Made by a program: the position numbers and the translations under genes. This document shows, one piece after another, positions 19,934-28,614 of a stretch of 45,662 bases of DNA (positions within the stretch are counted from its first letter, which is position 1; the number at the start of each line of letters is the position of its first letter). The stretch is from Gammaproteobacteria bacterium. Lineage in GTDB: Bacteria; Pseudomonadota; Gammaproteobacteria; UBA6002. The notes under the pieces are model-generated. The model saw only the letters and a list, made by a program, of their open reading frames with translations, was not told the DNA's origin and did not search any database. The DNA lies in NCBI GenBank assembly GCA_020050845.1, contig JAGVJZ010000030.1:1-45662 (forward strand), given 5' to 3'.

Positions 19934-20473
19934 TCAGCATCCATCATCGGCACTAACTCGATATAAAACATATTCACTCAACCCCTTCGCATGCGCAAAA
20001 TCAGGATGAATAAAATTTTCAGCAACTGAATGTATCATTCCAAGCTTTTCCATTATCCTTCTAGATGGAAGATTATTAGCAGAACAAAATGCAACAATCT
20101 CTTTAATGCCATGCCTCTTAAACGCCTCATGCAAAACAGCATCAGCAGCTTCAGTAGCATAACCATTGCCCCAATGTTTAGCAGCCAAACGCCAACCAAT
20201 GCTCACACTAGGAATAAAATGAGCCTTAAAAATAGGATTATAAATACCGGTATAACCGATAAATTCTTTAGTGTCTTTTAGAGTAACAGCATATAATCCA
20301 TAACCATAACTTCTGTAGTGAGCTGCAATTAAATTTAATAATTTTTGAGTGCCCTCTAGATTTAAACATTCTGGAAAATATTGCATCACTCTAGCATCCT
20401 GATTTAATGCTGCAAATGGCAACAAATCTTCTTCCTGCCACGTTCGCAACATCAGACGATTGGTAATTAACAT
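19934..20473 (-). CDS. GNAT acetyltransferase, RimJ/RimL-like
   Basis: Start re-called at ATG 20473 after GAGGAAGAGG; TNRLMLR, IGWRL..WGNGYATEAA, NLPSRRIMEKLGM. Confidence 0.88.
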   Translation of the reverse strand: MLITNRLMLRTWQEEDLLPFAALNQDARVMQYFPECLNLEGTQKLLNLIAAHYRSYGYGLYAVTLKDTKEFIGYTGIYNPIFKAHFIPSVSIGWRLAAKHWGNGYATEAADAVLHEAFKRHGIKEIVAFCSANNLPSRRIMEKLGMIHSVAENFIHPDFAHAKGLSEYVLYRVSADDGC

Positions 20474-20498
20474 GATCCTCTTCCTCTTATACTCGAAA

Positions 20499-21707
20499 TT
20501 AAAAACTAAGCGCCAATCTCTCAAACCCAGAAAAAGCTAAACTATGATGTTTTCTGACTGGCGCAATATTTATATCAATGGAAAGTTTTGGAAAATTCTG
20601 TATTAATTCTAGAAAGCATAGCCTCATTTCTTGCTTAGCTAATTTAGCCCCTAGACAATAATGTCCACCATACCCATAGCTAATTTGTTTATTATTTGTT
20701 CGCGTTAAAATGCATTCATCAGGATGATCAAATTGTTTAGGATCGCGATTTACCGCATGAGTCGAAATAAACACCACGTCTCCTGCTTTGATTGTTTCAA
20801 GTCCAACTTTAGCATCTTCTTTTGCAACCCGAAAAATAAATGTTACCGCAGGATCAAGCCTATTAAGTTCATCTAATGCGTTATCAATGTAGCCAGGCTC
20901 TTGCCACAATTTAGCTTTTACTTCTTGATGACACATCAAGGTATACAAGTTATTACACATCTGATCAGTAGTTGTCACTTGACCAGCAACTAACATCATA
21001 ATTGCTTGTGAAATTATTTCTTCCTCATTCAACCCAAAAGCATCTTTGTGCTGGATTAGGATTGATAAAAAATCATTTTGAGGCAAATTTTTTCTTTGTT
21101 CGATTAACCCTCGAAAGTAATTTTTAAGTTTAGATGCACTATTATTAACTTCTACTCCATCCTCATTAGTGTAAGAAGATGCACCACCAAAAAACTGAGT
21201 CATATTATTGGACCAGCAATAGAAATCTTCTCTTTCATTTCCTGGGATACTAAAGAATTCAGCCAAAGTAATTGACGGAATCATTTTGGCAAAATCAGCA
21301 ACAAATTCAATTTGATTAACTTTCTTACAGCGAGCCAGCTGATTTTGAATAGTTGTTTTAATAAGTGGCACGAGTTTATCTAAGCTTTGATTGCTAAAAC
21401 CATCGTAACAAATACGTCTTCGATTTGTAAATTCTGGATAGTCGCTCATGACCATCATTTTGCTGACAACTGCAAAAAAATCTTGTATTAATTCCAAATT
21501 CAGATTTGGCATACGACTTACAAAAAATGGTGTTCGATCACAGCTAAAATTTGGATTAGTCAATATATCTTTTGCAACATCATAGGCCGTAATTACCCAG
21601 AAATTTCCCGCTGGCCACCAGAATATGTTACCCATATCTTGAAGCAAATGAGCGAAATCTTCAGGCGTATTATTTATTTTCATTTCCATCAAACTTGGTT
21701 GCGTCAT
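20499..21707 (-). CDS. Cytochrome P450
   Basis: Heme motif YGYGGHYCLG; ExxR (ELNR); I-helix AGQVTT; NRDP. Confidence 0.95.
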   Translation of the reverse strand: MTQPSLMEMKINNTPEDFAHLLQDMGNIFWWPAGNFWVITAYDVAKDILTNPNFSCDRTPFFVSRMPNLNLELIQDFFAVVSKMMVMSDYPEFTNRRRICYDGFSNQSLDKLVPLIKTTIQNQLARCKKVNQIEFVADFAKMIPSITLAEFFSIPGNEREDFYCWSNNMTQFFGGASSYTNEDGVEVNNSASKLKNYFRGLIEQRKNLPQNDFLSILIQHKDAFGLNEEEIISQAIMMLVAGQVTTTDQMCNNLYTLMCHQEVKAKLWQEPGYIDNALDELNRLDPAVTFIFRVAKEDAKVGLETIKAGDVVFISTHAVNRDPKQFDHPDECILTRTNNKQISYGYGGHYCLGAKLAKQEMRLCFLELIQNFPKLSIDINIAPVRKHHSLAFSGFERLALSF

Positions 21708-21726
21708 TTAAAGCCTCTTATTTTGA

Positions 21727-22521
21727 TTAATTTAATATTTGAATTCGACGAAGATGTCGTGGAGAAATTTTCGCAAAAGCATTACGAGCATGGAGCAAGG
21801 AAAAATTATCAGCAAGTAATAAATCATCATCTTGCCACCTATGCACATAACAAAATTGTTGATCATAACAGCGAGCCGCTAGATTCGAAATTAACTCATC
21901 AGAAGTTCGCCTATCAAATCCAACAACGCTGACTTCTACCGGATTTAATAGATCTTTAGCAACAGGTTCAGCAAAGCGCAAAATAGGTACCGCTTTATCG
22001 GGATGTTGCTGTATAAGTGGAACCTCGATATTGCCACCATAATGAACAATTTTTTCAGTTTTATATTTAAGTGTTAATTTTCCCCAGAACATTTGTTGAT
22101 CGAGAGCTAGAGTTTTACAAATCGATTCGGTATCCGCAAACAAGGTCTCGCCACCTGAATTAGGTAGTGGTGGTTCAATACAATTGAACAATAAATACTG
22201 AGGCTCTTTGTGAAATGCGCCATCCCAATGAAAAGGCACATGGGCTTCAGTGAAAAGATAGTTCTTGGGATTCTCGCTTACTTTCATCTCCATTACTGCT
22301 CCGAACTCCCATTCAAGAAGCTGCCCTAAAGTATTTGCATATTGACGAAACTCAATTTTTGAAAAGCTGTTAAATCCTCTAAATAGCACGATTTTATGAG
22401 CTCTAACTAAGTACAAAATGATGTCTCTACTTAGTGATAATTTTGTATTGACAGCAATTGGCATGATGCATATACCAAATGGTTGTAATGGTAAAGTGCT
22501 ATACTCTGATAGATTAAGCAT
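21727..22521 (-). CDS. pvcB: PvcB/IsnB-type Fe(II)/2-oxoglutarate dioxygenase (TauD family)
   Basis: LFRGF; HWD and DN..LLHAR facial-triad motifs; adjacent to isonitrile synthase; ATG 22521 preceded by GGAGG. Confidence 0.88.
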   Translation of the reverse strand: MLNLSEYSTLPLQPFGICIMPIAVNTKLSLSRDIILYLVRAHKIVLFRGFNSFSKIEFRQYANTLGQLLEWEFGAVMEMKVSENPKNYLFTEAHVPFHWDGAFHKEPQYLLFNCIEPPLPNSGGETLFADTESICKTLALDQQMFWGKLTLKYKTEKIVHYGGNIEVPLIQQHPDKAVPILRFAEPVAKDLLNPVEVSVVGFDRRTSDELISNLAARCYDQQFCYVHRWQDDDLLLADNFSLLHARNAFAKISPRHLRRIQILN

Positions 22522-22542
22522 GTATCGATCCTCCACCAGTTG

Positions 22543-23496
22543 TTAGTCTTTGTATAAGGTAGTGAAAAAACGTTCATTAACGAAAACGGGTTTGGCACCC
22601 AAGGCTTTAGCAACTTTATGCTTTACTAATCGATAATCGTTGCCGATCTGTAGAACCACCGAGTGCCAAGGAGTTACCCAAACGTTATCGCTTTGCAGTA
22701 GCATGATTCCAAATTTTTCTGAGCCGCACATTTGAGGATGTATTGATAAACGAATAGCACCTTTAAATGTGTTACTAATTAAGTTACTCCAGGCATTACT
22801 TCGCTGGATAACCTGATAGGCTATTGTTTTAGAAGCTATTCTTAATTTATTTTTAGAAAGCAAAGTGTTTGTATATCGTAAATCTTCATAGATAAATCGA
22901 TGTATACCATTAAATAGTCGGAGATCTTTTTCGTGTGCTTTAATATTACTAGCAATGATTTCAATACTATCGCCAAAATGCTGCTGCAAATCGCTACGCA
23001 TTTCGTCGTAGGAATCCTTCTGATAGAAATCTTCTAGATTATAAGTTAATAGATTAGTTAATTGCCGTGATTTAATGATGTGCGCAATGTCCTGAATGTA
23101 TGCGGTTACTTTTTCATCACTGATATTCAATAAGTCATTAAAGACTCTACCATCTGAACAAATAATAATTTGTGCGCCAGGCGGGTAAATTGATTTAATT
23201 TCATTACATATTTTATTTAGGTGATATAAAGACAGTTTTTCGCCAAAATCAGGCAAATATCCTGCTGTTTTTTCAGCATTAGTAGATTTGGCTGGAAAAG
23301 CAGGAAGAATAAAAATTATTTTATCGTACCCTTGAATGAAATTTTTAACTTTCTTTTCTAATGAAATAGAACAATCGCAAAAGTGGTCATAATTGCACTG
23401 GTCTTGATCAAGAAATTTTCTACGGTTTTCTAACAGGAGACATGTAATTTGTTCAACTGTAGCATGGATCATATCTTCTCTTATTCTACTTTTCAT
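22543..23496 (-). CDS. pvcA: Isonitrile (isocyanide) synthase, PvcA/IsnA/Dit1 family
   Basis: LPAFPAKS.N..K..G.LPD.GE; ICSDGRVFND; RSNAWS; IRLSIHPQ; TPWH. Confidence 0.92.
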   Translation of the reverse strand: MKSRIREDMIHATVEQITCLLLENRRKFLDQDQCNYDHFCDCSISLEKKVKNFIQGYDKIIFILPAFPAKSTNAEKTAGYLPDFGEKLSLYHLNKICNEIKSIYPPGAQIIICSDGRVFNDLLNISDEKVTAYIQDIAHIIKSRQLTNLLTYNLEDFYQKDSYDEMRSDLQQHFGDSIEIIASNIKAHEKDLRLFNGIHRFIYEDLRYTNTLLSKNKLRIASKTIAYQVIQRSNAWSNLISNTFKGAIRLSIHPQMCGSEKFGIMLLQSDNVWVTPWHSVVLQIGNDYRLVKHKVAKALGAKPVFVNERFFTTLYKD

Positions 23497-23560
23497 ATAT
23501 CACCCTTGGTATTTGCTAAAAATATTTTAGTTGCCAGGTAGATATATGTAAAATATAATA

Positions 23561-23581
23561 AAACTATGTTTGTCATAGTTT
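23561..23581. promoter_or_regulatory. Putative LysR binding site (T-N11-A palindrome)
   Basis: AAACTATG-TTTGT-CATAGTTT, about 65 bp upstream of the synthase start in the divergent intergenic region. Confidence 0.7.
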
Positions 23582-23607
23582 AAATTTATAATAGCTTAGA
23601 GCTTTTT

Positions 23608-24456
23608 ATGTTGCCTTCTTCCACTGATTTAACTTATTTTATAGAAGTTGCGAATACTCTAAACCTTTCACGAGCGTCGGAAAGGCTGGGGATTAGTCAA
23701 CCATCATTATCATTGTCAATTAAACGGCTTGAAGATATTTTAGGTGCCATCTTATTAATTCGGCATAAAAGAGGGGTTAATCTAACGCAATCCGGGAAGC
23801 AATTATTAAACCATACGCGACAACTACTGCAGCAATGGGAGGACATGAAAACTCAAACCCTTGCATCTCAAAAAGACATTCAAGGCTACTACACACTTGG
23901 TTGTCATCCTTCGCTAGGAAAATACATCCTGCCATTTTTCCTGCCGCAGCTTATTCGCAATTATCCGAAATTAGAAATTCACTTAAAACATGATCTGTCT
24001 CGAAAGATAACTGAAGAAGTGATTAGCTTGAATATCGATATTGCAATAGTCGTTAATCCAGTGCGCCACCCTGATTTAATTATTTATAAGTTATTTAATG
24101 ATAAAGTTATGCTATGGCAAAACAAAAAACTGGTAAAGATGAAAAATCCACCTCTCATTTGTGACCCAGAATTACTGCAATCTCAATCAATTTTGAAACA
24201 GCTGAAGACGAAACAACTTTCCTACGAACGAATGATAACTTGTAATAATCTTGAAATCATTGCAACGCTGGCTGCTAAGGGTTGCGGCGCTGGAATTTTG
24301 CCAGAAAGGGTAGTGAAATCAACCTACCCGACATTATTAAATCCAGTTAGTGATTCACCTATCTTTAACGATAATATCTGCCTCATTTATCGACACGAAA
24401 ACAGGAATGTCCTTGCTATTCAAACTATTATTGCGGCTATAAAAAAATATTGCTAA
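23608..24456 (+). CDS. LysR-family transcriptional regulator
   Basis: N-terminal HTH LTYFIEVA...SRASERLGISQPSLS..IKRLE; 282 aa; divergent from the isonitrile genes. Confidence 0.95.
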   Translation: MLPSSTDLTYFIEVANTLNLSRASERLGISQPSLSLSIKRLEDILGAILLIRHKRGVNLTQSGKQLLNHTRQLLQQWEDMKTQTLASQKDIQGYYTLGCHPSLGKYILPFFLPQLIRNYPKLEIHLKHDLSRKITEEVISLNIDIAIVVNPVRHPDLIIYKLFNDKVMLWQNKKLVKMKNPPLICDPELLQSQSILKQLKTKQLSYERMITCNNLEIIATLAAKGCGAGILPERVVKSTYPTLLNPVSDSPIFNDNICLIYRHENRNVLAIQTIIAAIKKYC

Positions 24457-24530
24457 TTATTTTAATTACTGAAAAAAGGACATATATAAAATTATGCAAT
24501 TTTATTGATTTATTTGCTATTTTCGAGCTC

Positions 24531-24559
24531 TTGAATATGGTACTAAAAAATAGTACTAT
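24531..24559 (+). promoter_or_regulatory. Putative hicAB promoter with operator palindrome
   Basis: TTGAAT-17-TACTAT; GTACTA-N5-TAGTAC palindrome (24540-24556) in the spacer/-10. Confidence 0.55.
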
Positions 24560-24567
24560 ACTGTATT

Positions 24568-24828
24568 ATGAAGATTCAAAGCAAACATAAAAAAGTCTTG
24601 GAGGATATATTTCATAACCCTATAAAATCTGGGGTTATCTGGATAGAAATAGAAACTACGCTATTAGCTTTGGGTGCTGAGATATCAGAAGGGCGCGGCT
24701 CAAGGGTACGGATAGCTTTAAATGGTGTCAGGGCAGTTTTTCATAGACCACACCCTAAAAAAGAAACTGATAAGGGAGCTTTGAAATCTATGAGACGATT
24801 CTTAACTGAAGCAGGTATAAAAAAATGA
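24568..24828 (+). CDS. hicA: HicA-family toxin
   Basis: 86 aa; W.EIE..L..LGA...EGRGSRVR...FHRPHP; overlaps hicB by ATGA. Confidence 0.9.
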   Translation: MKIQSKHKKVLEDIFHNPIKSGVIWIEIETTLLALGAEISEGRGSRVRIALNGVRAVFHRPHPKKETDKGALKSMRRFLTEAGIKK

Positions 24829-25160
24829 TGACTTATGAAAATTATATAGCTCACGTTGAATTTGATGATGAAGCTGAAATTTTCCATGGTGAAGTGATAA
24901 ATACACGAGACGTCATTACGTTTCAGGGCAAGAGTGTAAAAGAGCTGAAAAAGGCTTTTATCGATTCTATAGAAGATTATTTGCAGTTTTGCGCTGAGCG
25001 TGGAGAAGATCCTGACAAACCCTTCTCAGGGAAATTTAACCTTCGGCTTGACCCTGAGCTACATCGTGAGGCAGTTATTGCTGCAAAAGAAGATGGATTG
25101 AGCTTAAATCAATGGGTAGCAGAAGCAATAACGCATATGTTACATGAAAAACATATGTAG
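24825..25160 (+). CDS. hicB: HicB-family antitoxin (RHH C-terminus)
   Basis: FHGEV....DVITFQG.SV.EL..AF..SIEDYL; PFSGKFNLRLDPELH...SLNQW. Confidence 0.92.
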   Translation: MMTYENYIAHVEFDDEAEIFHGEVINTRDVITFQGKSVKELKKAFIDSIEDYLQFCAERGEDPDKPFSGKFNLRLDPELHREAVIAAKEDGLSLNQWVAEAITHMLHEKHM

Positions 25161-25192
25161 GAAGAGAAAATCGATTTAAATAAGCTTCATAC

Positions 25193-26656
25193 TTAACCTC
25201 TCGTTCGTGTCCGATCAACCGCTATTAACCATTGTTGATACAACTTCTCAGCTTCTTTCGGAGCCATATTTGGCCTAAATGTCTCCACAATCGAGGCTAA
25301 AGCCGACACATCCGATAGCTTTTTAATATGACCGGTTGCCAGAAGTGTCAAATAGGCAGCTCCTAATGAGGTCGCTTCTTTATTGGCGCTCACTCGAATT
25401 GGGATTTGCAACAAGTTCGAGATAAATTGCATTAACCAACGATTCGCAGTAACCCCACCATCGAGCTTTAATGATTCTAATTTGCAAACTGTCGCTAAGG
25501 GTTGTATTAGATCTTTAATCTGGTAGGCAATCGCTTCTAAACCAGCGCGAGCTAAATGCGCACATTCAGTCTCACGGGTTAAACCAAATATTGCTGCCCG
25601 TGCCTGCGGATCCCAATAAGGTGCACCTAAACCGGTAAAAGCTGGGACCAGATAAACACCACCGTTATCTTTAAGATTCGCAGCGAGTTGTTCAGTTTCT
25701 GATGAGGAACTAATGATCTTTAGTTGGTCTTGCAACCACGTAATAATTGTCCCAGCAGAGAAAATACTTCCCTCCAGTGCATAGCAAACTGTATGGTCCA
25801 CCTCATAAGCGATCGTGTTTAATAAATCCGTTACATTCTGGAGCTCTCCCCCGGTATTGATCATCAAGAAAGAACCTGTACCAATGGTACATTTGGAATC
25901 AAATGGATTCACACATCCTTGACCAATCAAAGCGGATTGTTGATCGCCAACCATTGCTACAATGGGGATAGCATCGCCAAATAACTCTTTTGTGGTGTAG
26001 CCAAATTCTGCACAATTTGACTTAACTTCAGGAAGCATTGATTCGGGAATATCAAACAGCTGCAGTAATTCAAGATCCCATTTTTTTTCTCGAATGTTAA
26101 ATAACATTGTCCTTGAGGCATTGGTGATATCGGTGACGTGGACTTTTCCTGCCGTCAAGCGCCACAACAGATAGCTATCAATCGTCCCAAATAATAACTG
26201 CCCTTGCTGTGCTTCGGACTGCGCAGAATAGTGGTTTAAGATCCAATGAATTTTGGCTGCGGAGAAATAGGGATCTAATAACAAGCCTGTTTTGTAACGA
26301 ACCTGTGCTTCGTGCTGGTCTTTTTGTAGATCTAAACAAAACTGTGCCGTGCGTCGATCTTGCCAAACAATGGCATTACCTAAACTTTTACCGGTTGTTT
26401 TATCCCAAACGACTGTTGTTTCGCGTTGGTTGGTAATACCGATCGCAATAATCGCAGCGGGTGAGTATGTTAAAACTTTTTGACAACAAAGTCGTACAGC
26501 TGTCCAAATTTCATCAGGATCGTGCTCAACCCAGCCAGGCTCGGGAAGAATTTGAGTGAATTCTAGCTGTTCTGTCGCTTTCACTTGTCCACGCAGATCA
26601 AACAACATTGCTCGAACGCTGGTCGTCCCTGCATCGATGATAAGTATCCTTTCCAT
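25193..26656 (-). CDS. glpK: Glycerol kinase (FGGY family)
   Basis: IDAGTTS; GITNQRET; VWQDRRT; DPYFSA; GDQQSAL; PAFTGLGAPYW. Confidence 0.93.
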   Translation of the reverse strand: MERILIIDAGTTSVRAMLFDLRGQVKATEQLEFTQILPEPGWVEHDPDEIWTAVRLCCQKVLTYSPAAIIAIGITNQRETTVVWDKTTGKSLGNAIVWQDRRTAQFCLDLQKDQHEAQVRYKTGLLLDPYFSAAKIHWILNHYSAQSEAQQGQLLFGTIDSYLLWRLTAGKVHVTDITNASRTMLFNIREKKWDLELLQLFDIPESMLPEVKSNCAEFGYTTKELFGDAIPIVAMVGDQQSALIGQGCVNPFDSKCTIGTGSFLMINTGGELQNVTDLLNTIAYEVDHTVCYALEGSIFSAGTIITWLQDQLKIISSSSETEQLAANLKDNGGVYLVPAFTGLGAPYWDPQARAAIFGLTRETECAHLARAGLEAIAYQIKDLIQPLATVCKLESLKLDGGVTANRWLMQFISNLLQIPIRVSANKEATSLGAAYLTLLATGHIKKLSDVSALASIVETFRPNMAPKEAEKLYQQWLIAVDRTRTRG

Positions 26657-26663
26657 AGATCCC

Positions 26664-28334
26664 TCAAGTTAATTTGAATAACCCGTGTTCCTTTTCATAC
26701 CATACACCACCAGATTCAGAATATATTGAATCCTGATATAGATCATCTGAAAAATCGATCTTAAAAAAGTCGCCATCTGCAGCAACAGGCAATAGTCTTC
26801 TACCAATAGAAACAGATAGCTCTTTTAGAGACTTTAAAAAGGACCAAAGATTTGTAATGGAAGATTTTGGTATCAAAATACCAGTAAACCCATCATCGCC
26901 ACCGAAGTCACTATAGAATTCTACATCTTTGATTGGCACTTCTTTGGTTAAAAGCATTCGAATTAACTTATCACCATCTGACATACCAAGTCTCTTTTTG
27001 ATTCTGTTTACAACATTTTTCTCAGAAGAATCAAAAAAATCAGTTCTTGGCACATTATTTTGTATTAATAATGCTCTTTCCTCATCCGTAAGTTCGGACA
27101 GTGCCCTGGCAAATGCCGCAGGGCCACTGTCTTGGTCTGAGCCATGAATGAAACGCTCTGCTGCTGGAAAAAAATTATCTGGTCTACTCTCGTCCATTTC
27201 GTCGTTTGAGAAATCGTTATTAATTATTGATCCTTGGAAAAGTGAAAATGTTGTCGAACAAACCCATTCAACAAAAATAGTAAGGTTCATTAAAGATCGG
27301 TAAAAAAAGCCACCTCTTTCATTGTTGTCTCTTGGTTCGATTCCATGGTTCATAGCTTGTAAACGCACAAAATTTAGGAGGCCCTCAGAATTAGATGCTC
27401 TACTCGAACGTTCAAAGTGTTCAGGCAGACAATATAAGATAGTAGACGAAAACAATAAGAACCATAGTAATAACGCGTGCTCGTCTAGTTGTGCGTTACT
27501 GTTTGAATTTGAATCAGAGAAGCAAATTGCTTTTGGTTTTGAGTAGGCGGAACCAAGACGATATTTTTGTAGATCATAACGAAGTCTCTTTTGGGAATCA
27601 CCGAGTACTTCGAAAGCTGCTGCAATCTTTATAAAGTTAGAGAGCGCCTCAGGACTGCTGTTCTTGTCAGGATGAAATCTAAGTGCAAGTTGTTTATATG
27701 CGGTTTTTATATCCGCAGTACTTGCAGACGGCAAGACATTTAATACTTGGTAATGATCTTGACTATATGGGTTTGTCGAAAGGCTACTAGCCAGGTCACT
27801 TTTACTAGGATCGACCACCGCAACATCTAATCGTCTAATAGGGTGTTCAAAGAAAACTCTTTGCTGATTTTTCTCTTTTTCAGCTTTTTTCCTTTCTTCA
27901 ACGGCAAGCTTGGGAACGGGAACTTCAATTTTATTACCAAACTTTGACTCAATTTCTGCATACAATTCTTTCATTTTTTCTGGAGATTTAGAGATTTTTT
28001 TTAAATCTCTATTTGCTAGTTCTTTTGCAAATCTTGCTATCTCGGGAAACATCTCTTTTAAATATAACTGCGCTTTTTCAGCACGGGGCCTTACATTGCC
28101 GTAAAAACCCTCAACTATACCATCGTCAGAAATATGAGGCTGACAGAACTCGCGTCCCTCACCTGAGCAGTGACAAGCTAGTTCCACAAGCCCTAGGGAT
28201 CCAGAAGGAGAATAGATGGCAAAATCTAATCTTAAGGCCGTAATAATATCTCCTGGATGAAAAATATTACGTGTTTCTTCACTCCAGCCAGTTGTTTTCT
28301 TTGTAGTTTTTGCTTCGCTAGGTGCATGCATCAT
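26664..28334 (-). CDS. Orphan protein with internal DnaJ (J) domain
   Basis: DHYQVLNV...IKTAYKQLALRFHPDKN...F..I..AFEVLGD..KR.RYD in mid-protein; flanks unrecognised; no G/F or zinc-finger region. Confidence 0.85.
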   Translation of the reverse strand: MMHAPSEAKTTKKTTGWSEETRNIFHPGDIITALRLDFAIYSPSGSLGLVELACHCSGEGREFCQPHISDDGIVEGFYGNVRPRAEKAQLYLKEMFPEIARFAKELANRDLKKISKSPEKMKELYAEIESKFGNKIEVPVPKLAVEERKKAEKEKNQQRVFFEHPIRRLDVAVVDPSKSDLASSLSTNPYSQDHYQVLNVLPSASTADIKTAYKQLALRFHPDKNSSPEALSNFIKIAAAFEVLGDSQKRLRYDLQKYRLGSAYSKPKAICFSDSNSNSNAQLDEHALLLWFLLFSSTILYCLPEHFERSSRASNSEGLLNFVRLQAMNHGIEPRDNNERGGFFYRSLMNLTIFVEWVCSTTFSLFQGSIINNDFSNDEMDESRPDNFFPAAERFIHGSDQDSGPAAFARALSELTDEERALLIQNNVPRTDFFDSSEKNVVNRIKKRLGMSDGDKLIRMLLTKEVPIKDVEFYSDFGGDDGFTGILIPKSSITNLWSFLKSLKELSVSIGRRLLPVAADGDFFKIDFSDDLYQDSIYSESGGVWYEKEHGLFKLT

Positions 28335-28373
28335 GAAGACTCCGGTTAATCAACTCATATCAAATAGCCCCAC

Positions 28374-28506
28374 TGCCATTCCAGCGCAAGCTCATCATAG
28401 GGATCAACTTAAGTATTTTTTCCCTTCTCCCACTGTGGGAGAAGGTGGCCGAAGGCCGGATGAGGGATAACCCTGAAGTTGAAGCCTATGAGCAGCTGGA
28501 ATGACA
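28374..28506. mobile_element. Nested miniature element: dRS3-like arms > 18-bp TIR element > BoxC-like repeat
   Basis: Outer TGCCATTCCAGC/GCTGGAATGACA (11/12); TIRs CATAGGGATCAACTTAAG (28396-28413)/CTGAAGTTGAAGCCTATG (28473-28490, 15/18); inner repeat 28421-28467. Confidence 0.65.
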
Positions 28507-28614
28507 CAGTAGCCACGCTAGTACTGCGCAGGATAATGGTCTACTGACTCATGTACATAATATACAAATTGCACTTTATGGCAAATAGAATTATTATTTT
28601 TTACCTAAAAAATA

